A DNA stretch of 62,902 nt, filler included, from Globobulimina sp. (taxonomy: Eukaryota), in the NCBI GenBank assembly GCA_003354225.1. It is 38 parts of 38 records of this genome, joined end to end, with 100 filler letters (N's around TTAATTAATTAA, not from the genome) between each part and the next. Parts side by side here need not be neighbours in the genome. Positions count along the whole stretch, not along the records: positions 23,224 to 24,781 come from PIVH01014839.1; positions 24,882 to 26,439 come from PIVH01014840.1; positions 26,540 to 28,097 come from PIVH01014841.1; positions 28,198 to 29,755 come from PIVH01014842.1; positions 29,856 to 31,413 come from PIVH01014843.1; positions 31,514 to 33,071 come from PIVH01014844.1; positions 33,172 to 34,729 come from PIVH01014845.1; positions 34,830 to 36,387 come from PIVH01014846.1; 30 more parts are not named here. One strand, 5' to 3'. The notes under the pieces were generated by a model that was not told the origin of the DNA, made no database searches, and worked only from the letters and a program-made list of their open reading frames with translations. Positions 23,357 to 36,508 of the stretch are shown here, piece by piece. The first letter of the stretch is position 1. The number at the start of each line of letters is the position of its first letter. The position numbers and the translations under genes were made by a program.

Positions 23357-24745
23357 GTGGTTAAATTCGATATTAGTAGTTATGGATACATCGGCAGTCC
23401 AGATTATTGTCAATTAATATACACAATTAACGCTGGCATTTCATGGACACCATTTGGCCCTCAATATACATCAGATACGTCTGATACACTCACTTTAACG
23501 CCTCCAAAAGTTGAAGATTCAGATTATTTTGGTTTTGGTTGGCAGAATTTTGCTTCAACTGAATCTAAATTATGTTTTGTAAGCAATGTGATACTTTTAG
23601 GAACATCACCAAATACAAACAATCCAACAACTGAACCAACCAAAGCGCCCAGCCATTATCCAACACAAAATCCATCACAATCGCCTACAATAAATACAAA
23701 AACAGTTAAACATTATATATATATTATAAATTGTTTGAAAAACGCTCTCCGATAATTTAAATTAAAGCCATCTGTTCATCCAACATTACTCCCAACAAAC
23801 AATCCAATAATTACCAGCAATCCAACAAATAATCCATCAATAAACCCGTCAAATAATCCATCAATTATCCCAACAAATAATCCAACAATTAATCCTTCAA
23901 TGCATCCAACCAATAATCCATCAAATAATCCTTCCATGGATCCAACAGACCATCCAACAAATACTGCAAACGTAGACACTACATTTACATCAACGCCCAT
24001 TGTATCTACAACTCCTTTTATTGAAGTAAATGGGAAAGAAAATATGAGTGGTAAAGGATTACAGATGTCATGGCATAATTATATACCAGCAATTGGAGTA
24101 GGTTTATTTTTTGTATTAATGTGTTTTTTAGGCATTTATCACTCCAACAAACATGATTACCATTTTTTGGCATCAAATGTGATTTGGTTTGGCTATCATT
24201 CATTGGATTTTTTAACCGATTTATTGTTTATTTTGTTTTTATTCTATGACGGAGAAACTGGTTTGTTTGCCATTGCATTGATATTTGTGGTCATATCATC
24301 GGTGGTAAGTGTGATTCAGTTAAATCTCAATATGAAAGTATGGATTGCTGATTCTGCAGATAATACTGAATGGTTGCAAGAATATGCAACATTTCTATAT
24401 GCAATTTGTTTTATTTGTGGATGTCAACCAGCGATGCATTTATGCACTTCAAATTTTATGAATTTAAGAGCTTTTAGGTTGAGTTTGAGCAAATATCACC
24501 AAACAAAATTGTATAATGCACATTTATGGAGCATGGTTGTTTGTGAAAATATTCCCCAGTTGGCATTGGAGATAATTTATATCGCGGTTGTAAATAAAGG
24601 GAAAGTGAATGATATTACACTGTTGGCAATGATATTTAGTGGATGTTCTATATTGATGGCGCCATGCATTTATCTCACTCGCCGTCAATTGATGATTCAA
24701 CATAAAATCATTGAAAGCCAAAAGCATTATGTTGAATTGCAATGA
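23357..24745 (+). CDS. Membrane protein with PTxxPS mucin-like repeats and multi-TM C-terminus (probably 5' partial); intron 23705-23767
   Basis: A GTTAAA...TAAAG 63-nt intron with an in-frame stop joins the ORFs. LDFLTD and ENIPQL motifs resemble XK-related TM domains. Confidence 0.7.
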
Positions 24746-25114
24746 TAATGACACAATTGTTCAATAAATGTAAAATAAAATNNNNNNNNNNNNNNNNNNN
24801 NNNNNNNNNNNNNNNNNNNNNNNNNTTAATTAATTAANNNNNNNNNNNNNNNNNNNNNNNNNNNNNNNNNNNNNNNNNNNNCAGAGACAAAAGTTAATCC
24901 CGACTCACCTCGAAGCAATCCAGTTTGGTAACGACAAAAAATCAATCAAAAGTAAATCAGTTAGAAACATAATAATGGCTGATCGTCCAAAAATATACCG
25001 TCGCAATTATATAGAATGATAATATATTTTTTTGTGGTGCCAGTACAACTGATTCTGATTCACTTTCCATTGATTTTTTGTTACATATTTTTGTAAATAT
25101 ATAAACAGATAATT

Positions 25115-26433
25115 ATGAACAAGAAAGTATTTAAAACTGCTATTGGTTTTATATTAATATTACTTTCTATCATTTTTTATAATCTGTTGAATGGATCATC
25201 AAATTTTAATTTTGCAGTTATTGACTTTGTCAATTCCAAATCAAGTGTAAACGAAGCAAATCTGAATGCGAATTCAAATGGAAGTCATATCCATTTACAA
25301 AACGTATTCAATAAATATGTTGACACATTCTCCGAATTGCTCTCAAATGATTCTTTTGATCACAACAATCATAATGATATAATTATTGACGAATACAAAT
25401 TTGCGCCCATTTCCAAGCAATTTATTATTGACACTTTATCAAATAAAACAATTTTATTCTTTGGCGATTCATTGGAATTTTGGTTAGGTTCATACATTGT
25501 ACATGTGTTGGATTTATGCATTGAAAATAATTTGAATAAACATAATTTTTCCAATAATTTTACCAATAATTCCAAACTTTTTATATGTCCGACATTCTGT
25601 GACCATCTCACCCAAAATACATCGAGTCAAATATCATTAATTTTGGATGAATGCGACATGGAAATGCTTCTAAATCGGGATAATTTGCATGAAATAATAT
25701 ATCCTTCGCACAAACACAAAGGAAGAATGACAACACGAACAAAAGATGGATTTATTTATTTTGAGAAATATAACATAACCATCCGTTTATATTATATGTG
25801 GTCGATGTTTTTGGATCACAATAATGGCTCAAATGAAATAATTTCAGATTTCGACCATATTAATTTGTATGACATTGTCATTACAAACCTAATGATGACT
25901 CATTCAATGTATTATGTTTGCAAATTTAACTGCAATTTCGCAGTCGATATGACATTGAATATGGAAAAATTCATGAAACAAATGTTGCAAATCAAACCGA
26001 AAGAAAAATGTTTAATATTTGGTTTCCAAATAATCCTGTCTTAGCACCGGATGCTTCTCATCGAATTTATGCGTCATCGGATTTCAATCAAAGTGAATTA
26101 TGGAAAATATACAAAAACAAAACATTTGGAAAGATTGCTCGCTGTGAAGAGAAAATAAATAATAGCACAATGAATATGAATATCACTGAATATGAACTGG
26201 ATTTAATCTGTACAGTATATGATAATCACCAAACGCATTTCAATTTGATTGCACAAAGAATGAAGAAATTTGTAGAAAATATCAAAACAGAAAAGGTTCA
26301 TTATCACAATCAATATCAGCTATATTTGTCAATCAATCAGTTGCGAACATATAATTTTCGTGGGGTTCATTATCCAGCACTTTTGCCCATTGCATGGACC
26401 AATTTGTTGAATATCATTGAAAAAGGGTGTTAA
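25115..26433 (+). CDS. Type II membrane SGNH/PC-esterase-like protein; 1-nt frameshift near 26026
   Basis: N-terminal TM, ILFFGDS and C-terminal GVHY; two overlapping ORFs. Confidence 0.5.
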
Positions 26434-26539
26434 ATGAATNNNNNNNNNNNNNNNNNNNNNNNNNNNNNNNNNNNNNNNNNNNNTTAATTAATTAANNNNN
26501 NNNNNNNNNNNNNNNNNNNNNNNNNNNNNNNNNNNNNNN

Positions 26540-26727
26540 AATAACAACTTATCCAAAGCAACATTTATCTTTATTTCGTGAGGATTTCTATAATCTTTTC
26601 CATGCAAAACATAATAATTCTCAACTCCCATCGACTTATAATTGTTACGAATTGCTGAGGATGCTGAAATGAGAATGTTTTCTTCTTTATGCTGTGATTT
26701 CTCTTCCAGAGTTTTTTGCGATGCCAT
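26540..26727 (-). CDS. Hypothetical protein N-terminus (partial), divergent from the methyltransferase
   Basis: ATG at 26727, open to the contig end. Confidence 0.4.
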
Positions 26728-26797
26728 GTATATTGCTGTCTAAAATAACAAAAAACGTCAGTTGAGTTGGAAAGTAGTGTATTAAGCATACTTTACT

Positions 26798-27928
26798 ATG
26801 TTAGGATTGAAACGCTCGTCAAAACTTGCTAATTCAAGTATTTTGAAACAGAAAGGACTAAATAAGTTGCAAAATAATGCATTTAACAATGTTGATTATG
26901 AGGAAAAATCAACAGAAACGGCGCCAGCAAATACTGCATCATGTTCATTTTCAATTGATTCAGCCGCATATTGTGATGGATACAATGACTCTATTTATCA
27001 AATCATGAAAGATGATACATACCGAACATCTTTTTATCGTCAATCTATCTCCAAATATTGCAAAAATAAAACTGTAATAGATATTGGATGTGGCAGCTTC
27101 TGTTTGTTAAGTATCATGGCAGCAAAATGTGGTGCAAAGAAAGTGTATGCGATAGAAACCAATCAAGAATCATTCAAAAACGCAAACAACTTAATTTCCG
27201 AAAAACGAAAGAATGACACAAATTATAACAAAATTGAATTAATTAATGCACACTCAATGCAGTTAAACAACATAAAATGTGATGTTATCGTTCATGAAAT
27301 AATTGGCGAATTTGCTTCATCTGAAGGTGTGTATGCAGTGATTAAAGATGCGAGGAAAAGATTGTTATCTTATTGTGACGAGTCAGCAAATGATAGTAAT
27401 ATAATATGGTCAATTCCCGATTATGCAGAGACGTATTTGACTCCGGTTGAATTTCCTGATTATAATTACTGGAATTCATTGCCAAATAAAGTCATTGTGA
27501 ACCGAGATATTGTTTCTATGAATCTATGGAATTTCCCACAAAGACACTTTTTGGCGAACGTACATTGCAATGATAATAATAATAAAGTGCAAATTGAATG
27601 GGCGCTGTGGGAACATATTAATTTCAATCAAATAACGTGTAATGAGAAACAACAGTTTATACTCGATAATTATACATTTATTGTACAGAAAAATGGAATA
27701 TTGGGTGGTCTTTTATCGTGCATTAAACTTGTAATTGATCCTTGTGACGAATCATCAGTTTTATGTAATGCACCAAATGAGAATATTAATAATTGTCATT
27801 GGGCGAATAAATTAATTATTTTGGATAAAAAAATCAATGTTAAAAAAGGACAAAAAATAATTGTTTATGCTAAAACTGAACCAAATGATTGTATCTTGAA
27901 ATATGAATTTAAAGTTATGGTACAATAA
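26798..27928 (+). CDS. PRMT-like class I SAM-dependent methyltransferase
   Basis: IMKDDTYRTSFY, VIDIGCGS, KVYAIE, DVIVHEIIG..SEG double-E loop and CHW loop. Confidence 0.85.
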   Translation: MLGLKRSSKLANSSILKQKGLNKLQNNAFNNVDYEEKSTETAPANTASCSFSIDSAAYCDGYNDSIYQIMKDDTYRTSFYRQSISKYCKNKTVIDIGCGSFCLLSIMAAKCGAKKVYAIETNQESFKNANNLISEKRKNDTNYNKIELINAHSMQLNNIKCDVIVHEIIGEFASSEGVYAVIKDARKRLLSYCDESANDSNIIWSIPDYAETYLTPVEFPDYNYWNSLPNKVIVNRDIVSMNLWNFPQRHFLANVHCNDNNNKVQIEWALWEHINFNQITCNEKQQFILDNYTFIVQKNGILGGLLSCIKLVIDPCDESSVLCNAPNENINNCHWANKLIILDKKINVKKGQKIIVYAKTEPNDCILKYEFKVMVQ

Positions 27929-28729
27929 AAATTATAAAATATGAATGATTTTTTCTACCATTTCTACTAACTAGCTTCCATCCTTTCGCGATTTCCAAAT
28001 AACTGTTAATAATGCAATTATTCCGTAGCAAACAAGCCATGGCCATCCGTGTAATATCCCGGCCAATGTATCATCAAAGTTATATGTTTGCATCGAGNNN
28101 NNNNNNNNNNNNNNNNNNNNNNNNNNNNNNNNNNNNNNNNNTTAATTAATTAANNNNNNNNNNNNNNNNNNNNNNNNNNNNNNNNNNNNNNNNNNNNTGG
28201 TCTAGCAATCAGTCTTTGCAAATCGAGTAACAGCTTGTGCTCGGCAAATGACTGACATACGGTAGTTTTGTGTATAGACTGTGCCCACTTTACTTTTACA
28301 TGCAATTGACGGTCCTTGAAAATTTAAATTCACGGTCTTTGATTTCATGTAATTTACGGTCTGTACTTTTTTCTACATTACTTTTACTTTTAGATACTAT
28401 TACCTTTTGTTCTTTGGTACTATACTTTCATTCTTTTCATACTTCATCAACTGTGACCAGATATTTATGTATTGTGAACAAGACAAGTCAACTTGTGGAC
28501 AACTGTTTGTTATTTCAAGTGCCTTTTCAAGCAATTTGTGTTTCTTTCAAAACGAACTTTTGTAAGTTACTTCTTTCCATTTATTGTGTATTTCTACAGT
28601 ACTGTACTTTATATTTCTATTGTTTTGGTAATACATATGGTAATTTTATAAATAACTGTAAAAGTAATAAGCAATTTGTAGTTACATTTTTCCAACTTTA
28701 CATTGAAACATTTTTAAAATTTTTCAGTT

Positions 28730-28945
28730 TTTTCAAACTTGTCCATTTCTTTTCTTGTCCACTTCAACTTGTTCACTTGATATCTTGTCCATTTTGCAAC
28801 TTGACCACTTCATCAACTTGTCCACTTGTCCACAAAGGCAACTTGTCCAAATTTTCAAACTTGTCCATTTCAAAAAAAAAAAATTTTTTTTTCCAAACTT
28901 GTCCATTTTTTGGAAAAAATTTTTTCCAACTTGACCAACTTTCAA
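28730..28945. repeat. ACTTGTCCA-type short repeat array in the retrotransposon 5' leader
   Basis: About ten AACTTGTCCA/AACTTGACCA variants separated by A/T runs. Confidence 0.85.
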
Positions 28946-29015
28946 AAAAAATTTTTTTCTTTTGCAGTCATTTATATACTTATAAATTTACAAACAATAA
29001 TACTTGTTCTTCATC

Positions 29016-29755
29016 ATGGCTCCAACTGCTGCTTCTTTGAAATCGGCTCGTACCAGAACAAGAAATGCTTTTGCCAAAACTTTTAAGTTAGTTAGTCCAC
29101 TTCTTCAAGATAAGTCAACAACTGAGGATCTCTCTTGTGATGAATTAGGTAGTCAACTTGACAAGTTTAGTGTTCTTCAAGCTACATTTAAACAAACTTT
29201 GGACAAATTCGAACTTGCTCAACTTACCCTACGGGAATATTATGATGAACATCCTGATGAAATGTTCCCGGCAGATCTTCAAAAGGAAGTCGATGATGAT
29301 GATGACTCAATGCATCTCTACCACGAACGTCATTTGGAATTTATGGCCTTTACTCAAAGAATGCATTTAAAGTATAAGCATCTTTTGACAGTCCAAGAAG
29401 ATATCCAACCAAAAGAAGAAGGTGGTCAAATTCAATTAGCCGAATTAATACAACAGTTTACAACTGCTTTGAATACACGTACTCCGCCTCCAGGTGTTGC
29501 TGGTGCTGGTAATGCACAGCCAGCAGTCAGAACTCGGTTACCAAAACTCGAAATTCCCAAATTTTCTGGTGATATCATGCAATGGACTGGTTTTTGGGCT
29601 CAATTTTCTTCCGCTGTACATACTGTCACTAATATGTCAGACATTGACAAATTTAACTACTTTAAGTCACAGCTTGAAGGTGATGCAAAACGAACCATCG
29701 AAGGTCTTCCATTTACTGCAGCCAATTATCAAGTTGCTATTGATCTAGTTACCAG
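29016..29755 (+). mobile_element. BEL/Pao LTR retrotransposon gag (DUF1759), 3' partial
   Basis: RLPKLEIPKFSGDIMQWTGFWAQFSSAVH..DKFNYFKSQLEGDAKRTIEGL..NYQVA. Confidence 0.9.
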
Positions 29756-29855
29756 NNNNNNNNNNNNNNNNNNNNNNNNNNNNNNNNNNNNNNNNNNNNT
29801 TAATTAATTAANNNNNNNNNNNNNNNNNNNNNNNNNNNNNNNNNNNNNNNNNNNN

Positions 29856-31259
29856 ACGAACTATTTTGTCTGCAAAGTGGGCAAATTGTTTAATTAATTG
29901 ATGACAAAACTGGTCCACTGCAGCGTGTGTATGCGCAGTCATTAATATTCGTCGAGCTAATTTTTCCGATAATAAATATTTGATAATATGAGCAGCTGTG
30001 TATGTTTTACCGGTGCCCGGCGGGCCCTGTATTAATGATATTGGATATTGAATAACTTTGGATATTGCTGTAATTTGCGAATCATTCATGACCATATTGT
30101 TTAATTTATGTCTTATTTGTTGATTATTGATGTTATGATTTGCGTGATTAATAGTTGGGAGATCTGAAAATTGAAAAAAATGATGAAACCATGTATCGCT
30201 AAATTGATTAAAAAATGTTTCGATGCCTCGCAATTGTATTTGAATGGTAATAAATCTGAATTTATCTTCATTTATTCTGAACTTACATTCATTATTATGA
30301 TAATTGCCAGCTTTGCTTTGAATTTGCGGATCATTTGAAAATTGATGCAAATTTGCACAAAATTTGCGAATTCGAATTACAAATTGTTGACAGTTGTCAT
30401 TAATGTCCATTGATATTACTTTTCCTTCCAAAATGCGATTATTTCTTAGCAATGATTCATATGAACACTCATTTACATCATGACACAATGAGCACGAACA
30501 AAATAACAATACTTCGCCACCAACTGTAATATTTACATTATCGTTCTTGTATTTGCTATAATTATCATTCTGAGCGTTTTTATATTTTGATAATGTGAGA
30601 ATTTGTTTTGTTTCAAGAGAATAATCGTATTGTTCCAAAGTATAAGCAAACATTTTCCTTCTTGTATTTGTATTGCTTAATTTGTTATTAATTGTTGTTA
30701 ATTCATCTTTATATTTTTGAAATAAATGTGTTTGATGCGATCTTATTTGTTGTTCCATCAATTTACAATATTCTCTCTTTTCCATATTATTTTGCAATGC
30801 ATCCGATTCGTAATTTATTTCATGATCTAAAGGGATATGCTCTTCTTCTTCTTGTTTCAATTCACGATTTTTATATTGACTTAACATTAAAATATCAAAG
30901 TCTTCGTCGTCTTGTATCTCATCAATACCATTATTATTATTTGCATTTGCCATCGGAATCGGAATTATGTTTTTAACATTTTGGTTTGTTTTAATTTTTT
31001 TGGCCAATGGCAGTAAATCCATATTTATTTTTTTATCATCATTTAATTGATTCCTGTTCCTCTTTCTTGATTTATTTTGAATTGTGTTAAATTTCAATGG
31101 TGAAAAAGTTAATTTTTTAAATTTGGAGGTTTTTGATTTGTAATCCTTGTGACTTGTATATGCATCTTTGTAATGAGATATCGGATCTGTGAATATATTA
31201 TTTAGTGTTTCTAAATTGACATAATATAGAAATCGTTGTGGTGACGATTTTCCTTTCAA
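29856..31259 (-). CDS. UPF1/DNA2-like superfamily 1 helicase (partial)
   Basis: MNDSQITAI, LIQGPPGTGKT and ILMTAHTHAAVD. Confidence 0.85.
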
Positions 31260-31513
31260 ACTGATTGTAGCGATTGATACTGTGTTTTTTTTGCTTGTAT
31301 GATATATTTGGATTTTGCAATTAATTGACAGGTTTCGGAATGATAAAAGCCTATTTTTGCTCTTTTCCTTTGTAATCGATTCATATGAATGTTTTTTTGC
31401 AATCTGATAAACANNNNNNNNNNNNNNNNNNNNNNNNNNNNNNNNNNNNNNNNNNNNTTAATTAATTAANNNNNNNNNNNNNNNNNNNNNNNNNNNNNNN
31501 NNNNNNNNNNNNN

Positions 31514-32739
31514 GGTAAATATTCACCATTTGTTATGTCAGATATCACAAACGCATTCCTCAATACATTTAAATATTTAACAAATCGGCCATTCTCAATA
31601 CTTGCAAGCCACATTATCATCATATCAATATTCCAATCTTTATATTCATTTTGATTCGGCGATGCTACATTATTCATCATTAATTTTCTACTCTCAATAT
31701 ATTGTTTAAATGAATGCAGTGATTTCAGCATATTTCCAATATTATTTTCACATCTTTTTATATCTCGATGTAACCACGAATTTGCATCTAATATATCTCG
31801 CGGATTATCTTTACATATTTTTGTTATTGCTGTCTCATTAAATGTTTGCTTATATTTTATCATTTCCTTATTTATTTCTTCATTAATATTTATATTTTCT
31901 TCTTTATTCTCGCTCTCAAAGGCATCAATTTCCTTTTTTAACGATAAAATTGTGCTTTGCTGTCGTAAATTGACCTGATTTAATTCATCAATTTTATCAT
32001 TATATTCATCATTTTGTTGCAAAATATTTTTAATTTCTTTCTTCAATGACAATATTTCTCCTGATAACATGCCATTTTTTTGCATTATAGAATTTATATC
32101 GATATCTTGTGATGATTGCTGTGTTTGACATTTATTATTAATTTTCGTGTTCAATCAGCTATATACGAAACATACTTGTTTTATATCATCATTATTCAAA
32201 TCGTTTTGCGATATCGATTTCATATTAAAATCCAAAATGCCAACTGTTGCATCCTTGACAGAAATAGCTAATCGATATATTAATTGTGGGCCTGTTTTAA
32301 TGTTAAATGAATGTTGCCGTAGTTTTTCTGCATTCGTATATTTATAAAAAGTTAATAATCCTAAACCAGTATTTAGTTCCATTTCTACCAAATCACCTTT
32401 GTAATATCCAATTGATAGTTTTTCATACTTAATTTGACCAAATTCATACATTTTTCCGGTACATTGATATCCGTAATTTGGTGATTGTGTATTGTGATAA
32501 AACTTGGTATCAGTTTGTTGAATTGAATCAATTGCAATTCCCACACAAACATATCCAGTGTCAGCATTAAGATCAATGATTTTAATTTTCCAAGTTACCA
32601 CAGCATTGTTGTTTGATGGTATTTTAACACTGCCATAACAAGTTCGATGGTAAGTCCATAAACTGACATTCATGGCTGTCCTGGATGCATTTGTGATTTT
32701 ACAATCTTTATGCCATGCTCCAAACTTCTCTGTAGCCAT
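31514..32739 (-). CDS. SPRY/B30.2-like + coiled-coil + SAM-like protein (3' partial); intron 32119-32175
   Basis: WKIKI..VGI..GDLVEMELN..LTFY. A 57-nt GTATGT..CAG intron removes the TGA between the two same-frame ORFs. C-terminal YKDWNIDMMIMWL. Confidence 0.7.
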
Positions 32740-32863
32740 AGTTATCTTGTGTCCGACCAGTTTTTGCTCTCAAGTGTGTCCGACCAGTTTAAAACTATAA
32801 TTTTGATAATGTACAAACAAAAAAAAATGACATAAGTCATAAGTGTGCCGTTTCAATTATATA

Positions 32864-33070
32864 TTAAATATTACCAGTTGACACTGTTTGCATTTCAGTA
32901 ACAATGTCCACCACAACCTCTTCCACTTCCTCGTGAAAATCACTATCAGTCCCCACATCATCTGAAGATTCTGCTTCCTGTTCGGTTGCATTTTCCTTTC
33001 CTTTGCTATCAGTTGTTTCATTTTGTTGACCAGCAGCATCTTTAAAAATATTTCTTGATGTTTTTTGCTT
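32864..33070 (-). CDS. Acidic C-terminal fragment of an upstream gene
   Basis: Frame open from the contig edge (KQKTSRNIFKDAAG...EEVEEVVV...TGNI*), different from the frame in the ORF track. Confidence 0.45.
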   Translation of the reverse strand, partial: KQKTSRNIFKDAAGQQNETTDSKGKENATEQEAESSDDVGTDSDFHEEVEEVVVDIVTEMQTVSTGNI

Positions 33071-33171
33071 TNNNNNNNNNNNNNNNNNNNNNNNNNNNNN
33101 NNNNNNNNNNNNNNNTTAATTAATTAANNNNNNNNNNNNNNNNNNNNNNNNNNNNNNNNNNNNNNNNNNNN

Positions 33172-34012
33172 TAGAAAGTTTTGTGTTGGGACAGGATGAG
33201 CTCCAGAGCCAAACACCACCAGCTTGTGTTGTTGCTTGATTATATACAATAGTGTTATTAGCATACGCTCCATCTGAGTTATAAAAAGAAATTCCTCCTC
33301 CCCATGTTGCATGATTATGAGCTACAACATTCCTTTCAAAAATAAATTCGCCAGCATTGAAACTGTCCGTTCCCCCACCATGAACACCTGCTACATTATG
33401 TATGATAATATTATTACGTATTACAGGGGAAGACTGACTATATATTGCTATTGCTCCAGCATCTTCTTCAGCGAAATTATATGCTAATGTAGAATTAACA
33501 ATTTCGGGGTGAGTATTAAAACATCCTATTCCACCTCCTCGGTATGCATTGTTATGTTGAATTTCGCAATTGCTTATAGTAATTGAAGCATTCGGAGATG
33601 CATAGCACAAAATTCCACCACCAGCATATTCAGGAAAACTTGACGAACCCAAATCAGTTAATCCATAACTTACGATGCAATAATCAAGTATGGAAGTTTC
33701 ATTCGTTCCCAGGAACCTGATTCCATGCCATCGATTATTAGTATCTACAGCTGTAAAAAGGATCTTGTCTGTTTCATTTCCTTCAGCCAATAATGATCCT
33801 TCTACAATAAACTTAAACCATCCGTTAAATTTGACTTGTACACCGGGCTCCACAATTAAAGATGTGAGTGGAATAATAGTAATTTCTCCGTTAACGATAT
33901 AGGGTGACCCAGAAAGGGTCCATGTTCCAGAAACAGGCCCCGGAGGGACTTGCGTTTGGGCAAAACTTAAAAGTGGAACCGTCATGATGATAATTAGTAG
34001 AATTTTTTTCAT
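33172..34012 (-). CDS. Secreted Bacteroidota-like right-handed beta-helix protein (3' partial)
   Basis: Signal peptide MKKILLII..SFAQ, VSGTWT..SPY and repeated N-A..GGGI units. Confidence 0.8.
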
Positions 34013-34276
34013 AATATCTATTTTTATGATTAAAGTTTCCAGGCTTGAATTTTTTGAGATTATTAATACATTGATTTTCAATGTTCAAGCACAATGTAAA
34101 ATAACTACAAATTTACCATGGGTACATAGTAAGATCGTAGCAATCTATGGTAAATCCGGAAGGAAAATTGTAGACTTCTGGTATATAATATGAATCTTAT
34201 AAATATTCAGATAAGTTTTGGATTTCCAGAAGTTACCATCAACACGACACTTTAAGATTCATTTTTATTAAATCTT

Positions 34277-34729
34277 TCATATCTGCTGATAATCAGGTTT
34301 AGAAGCCAGTATTGTTTTATAGGGAAGGTTCATCTTTTGAAATAACATTCTGTAACGAGGATCATCACGAATGAATTCAACACCAGGAAAAAAGTCAATA
34401 AAATTTGATGGATAATATTTATTCTCTATAGCTTCATTCAGAAGTTCAAAAGCTTTGTCATTAAACCCAAGTATTCCTGCCAGCAACCCTCTGTGAAATG
34501 GATTCACCCAGTTTTTTTTAGAATATTCTTCCCACTCATTCCAAATGTCCAAAGCTTTATCCCTATTACCTGAAACAACATAAGTATAACCAATAAACAT
34601 TTTATAGTAATCGCCGTATTTAGGCAATTTGTTATGAAGCTCAATGGCTTTATCGTATTGGTCACTATTAATATATGTCCATCCCAGAGCCAGATTTCCA
34701 TAACGGATATTATTCTCCAATTAAAGAGC
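34277..34729 (-). CDS. Bacterial TPR protein C-terminus (TolB-like/TPR regulator type)
   Basis: TPR helices; C-terminal DKAFELLNEA..IRDDPRY..L..MNLP. Confidence 0.7.
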
Positions 34730-34910
34730 NNNNNNNNNNNNNNNNNNNNNNNNNNNNNNNNNNNNNNNNNNNNTTAATTAATTAANNNNNNNNNNNNNNN
34801 NNNNNNNNNNNNNNNNNNNNNNNNNNNNNGAAAACACAGGTCAAATAGTAGCAATTTATGAATCCATTGATACAAATATCAATCATACATCAATATCGAA
34901 TGTTTCATTC

Positions 34911-36107
34911 ATGATGAATTTCCAAACTAACATCAATTTTGTTGATATTTTTAATCTGACTATAACTCAAAAATACAAACAAAATAAAATAAACATCAAT
35001 GCAGCTGCTGGCATTGCATCATTTATCATATTGGGCCCACCCAAAACAGGAACATCTTCAATGGCTCAGCTGTTATATCAATGGGATGATTTTTTGTGGA
35101 CAACAAAAGAAACTCATACCTTCGATTGGTGCAATGCTGGTCAGTTTGGGCAAACTCAATGGATAAAATGGATAAATAATTACAAATTAAATATTATTAA
35201 TTTATCAGCCATAATACCATTTATTCAAAAGCCAGGTTCCAAGCACTGCACTGCAATGGCTTTGAATCATAGCTTTAAGAATTCAAACAAAAAAAAATGC
35301 ATTGTTAGCAATAGTTGCATTTTAATGGATAAATCACCGGCATATTCCAGAAAGGTTACAGCTGCGATATTATTAACAAATATTTTGCCCCAAACTAAAT
35401 TGCTAACTATTATACGTGAACCATATGGTCATTCATATTCATTTTGTTTTCATTTTCAAAGAGAATATGGCTTCAAATGCCAGGATGAAGGATGGTTATT
35501 GGATCAATATAAAGACACTGAAGAAAGTTGGAGTAAATTAAATTTGATCTGTGAAAATATCAACACTCAATGGGTTAATATGTCATTTATGAACAGTTAC
35601 AATCGTTATATTTTTATGCGAGATAATTATTATAAAAAACTTTTGATTGAATATTTATTTTTACGGTACGTTTCGCCAAAACAAATTGAACCAAAAAAGC
35701 GTATTAATGGCGTGGTATTTGTTCCATTCATGTTTCCAAATGTTTTGTCGTGGATTCTATCGATAGAGGAACATTATAAAAATGAGGACATTTATATTTG
35801 GGATCAATTTAGAATGATACAATTTGATTATATTTATAAGATGGATAACATTGGGAAATCAATGAATATTTTACGATGTTGGATTACAAATTATAACGAT
35901 TGTGATCATCAAAAGGATAATTTAGATATTTTTAAAATGAACAAACCGATTCGAGCAAGAACACCAAAAGGAATTACTGCATCTGATGAATACAAACGTG
36001 CAGTCAGAGATATATACAAACCATGCTACACCTCATTGATTTATCTATTAATAGATCGGCCTGATTTGTTGTTGGGAAAGTGGATAACTTGGGATTTTCT
36101 TGCTTGA
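34911..36107 (+). CDS. Heparan-sulfate-type sulfotransferase family protein (probably 5' partial)
   Basis: 5'-PSB GPPKTGTSS, KETHTF, DKSPAY and 3'-PB IREP..SF. Confidence 0.85.
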   Translation: MMNFQTNINFVDIFNLTITQKYKQNKININAAAGIASFIILGPPKTGTSSMAQLLYQWDDFLWTTKETHTFDWCNAGQFGQTQWIKWINNYKLNIINLSAIIPFIQKPGSKHCTAMALNHSFKNSNKKKCIVSNSCILMDKSPAYSRKVTAAILLTNILPQTKLLTIIREPYGHSYSFCFHFQREYGFKCQDEGWLLDQYKDTEESWSKLNLICENINTQWVNMSFMNSYNRYIFMRDNYYKKLLIEYLFLRYVSPKQIEPKKRINGVVFVPFMFPNVLSWILSIEEHYKNEDIYIWDQFRMIQFDYIYKMDNIGKSMNILRCWITNYNDCDHQKDNLDIFKMNKPIRARTPKGITASDEYKRAVRDIYKPCYTSLIYLLIDRPDLLLGKWITWDFLA

Positions 36108-36508
36108 TTTAACTTTACTTTTTTTGTTTTGTACCATGTCTTTTTATTGTATACCGAGTCTGAAAAAGAAGCTGCAAAATATGGATCTCTACTCGAAGTA
36201 ATATATATTATTATGACATTATCATACAATCGATTGCAAATATTACATACATTGCTAAATCGCGATGGATTCGCTTATTTCAATATTCATTTAAGGTACA
36301 ATGCAGCACAGGAATTAAATCGAGAAATTGCATAATGTTACTTGTACTGCATTGAGCTAAATATTCAATTTTAATTACAAGCAAATCNNNNNNNNNNNNN
36401 NNNNNNNNNNNNNNNNNNNNNNNNNNNNNNNTTAATTAATTAANNNNNNNNNNNNNNNNNNNNNNNNNNNNNNNNNNNNNNNNNNNNACAGAGCGCATCT
36501 ACAACGCT

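Noticed and set aside
26008-26044. Programmed ribosomal frameshift
   Set aside because: No clear slippery heptamer with a downstream structure; a 1-nt deletion or sequencing error is simpler.
28270-29040. 256-aa ORF upstream of the Pao gag
   Set aside because: T-rich repeat-derived frame with no protein motif; it is the element's leader.
32119-32175. Stop-codon readthrough or alternative genetic code (TGA between same-frame ORFs; also TAA at 23753)
   Set aside because: Both stops lie within plausible 3n GT-AG introns, and TAA and TGA end complete genes elsewhere.
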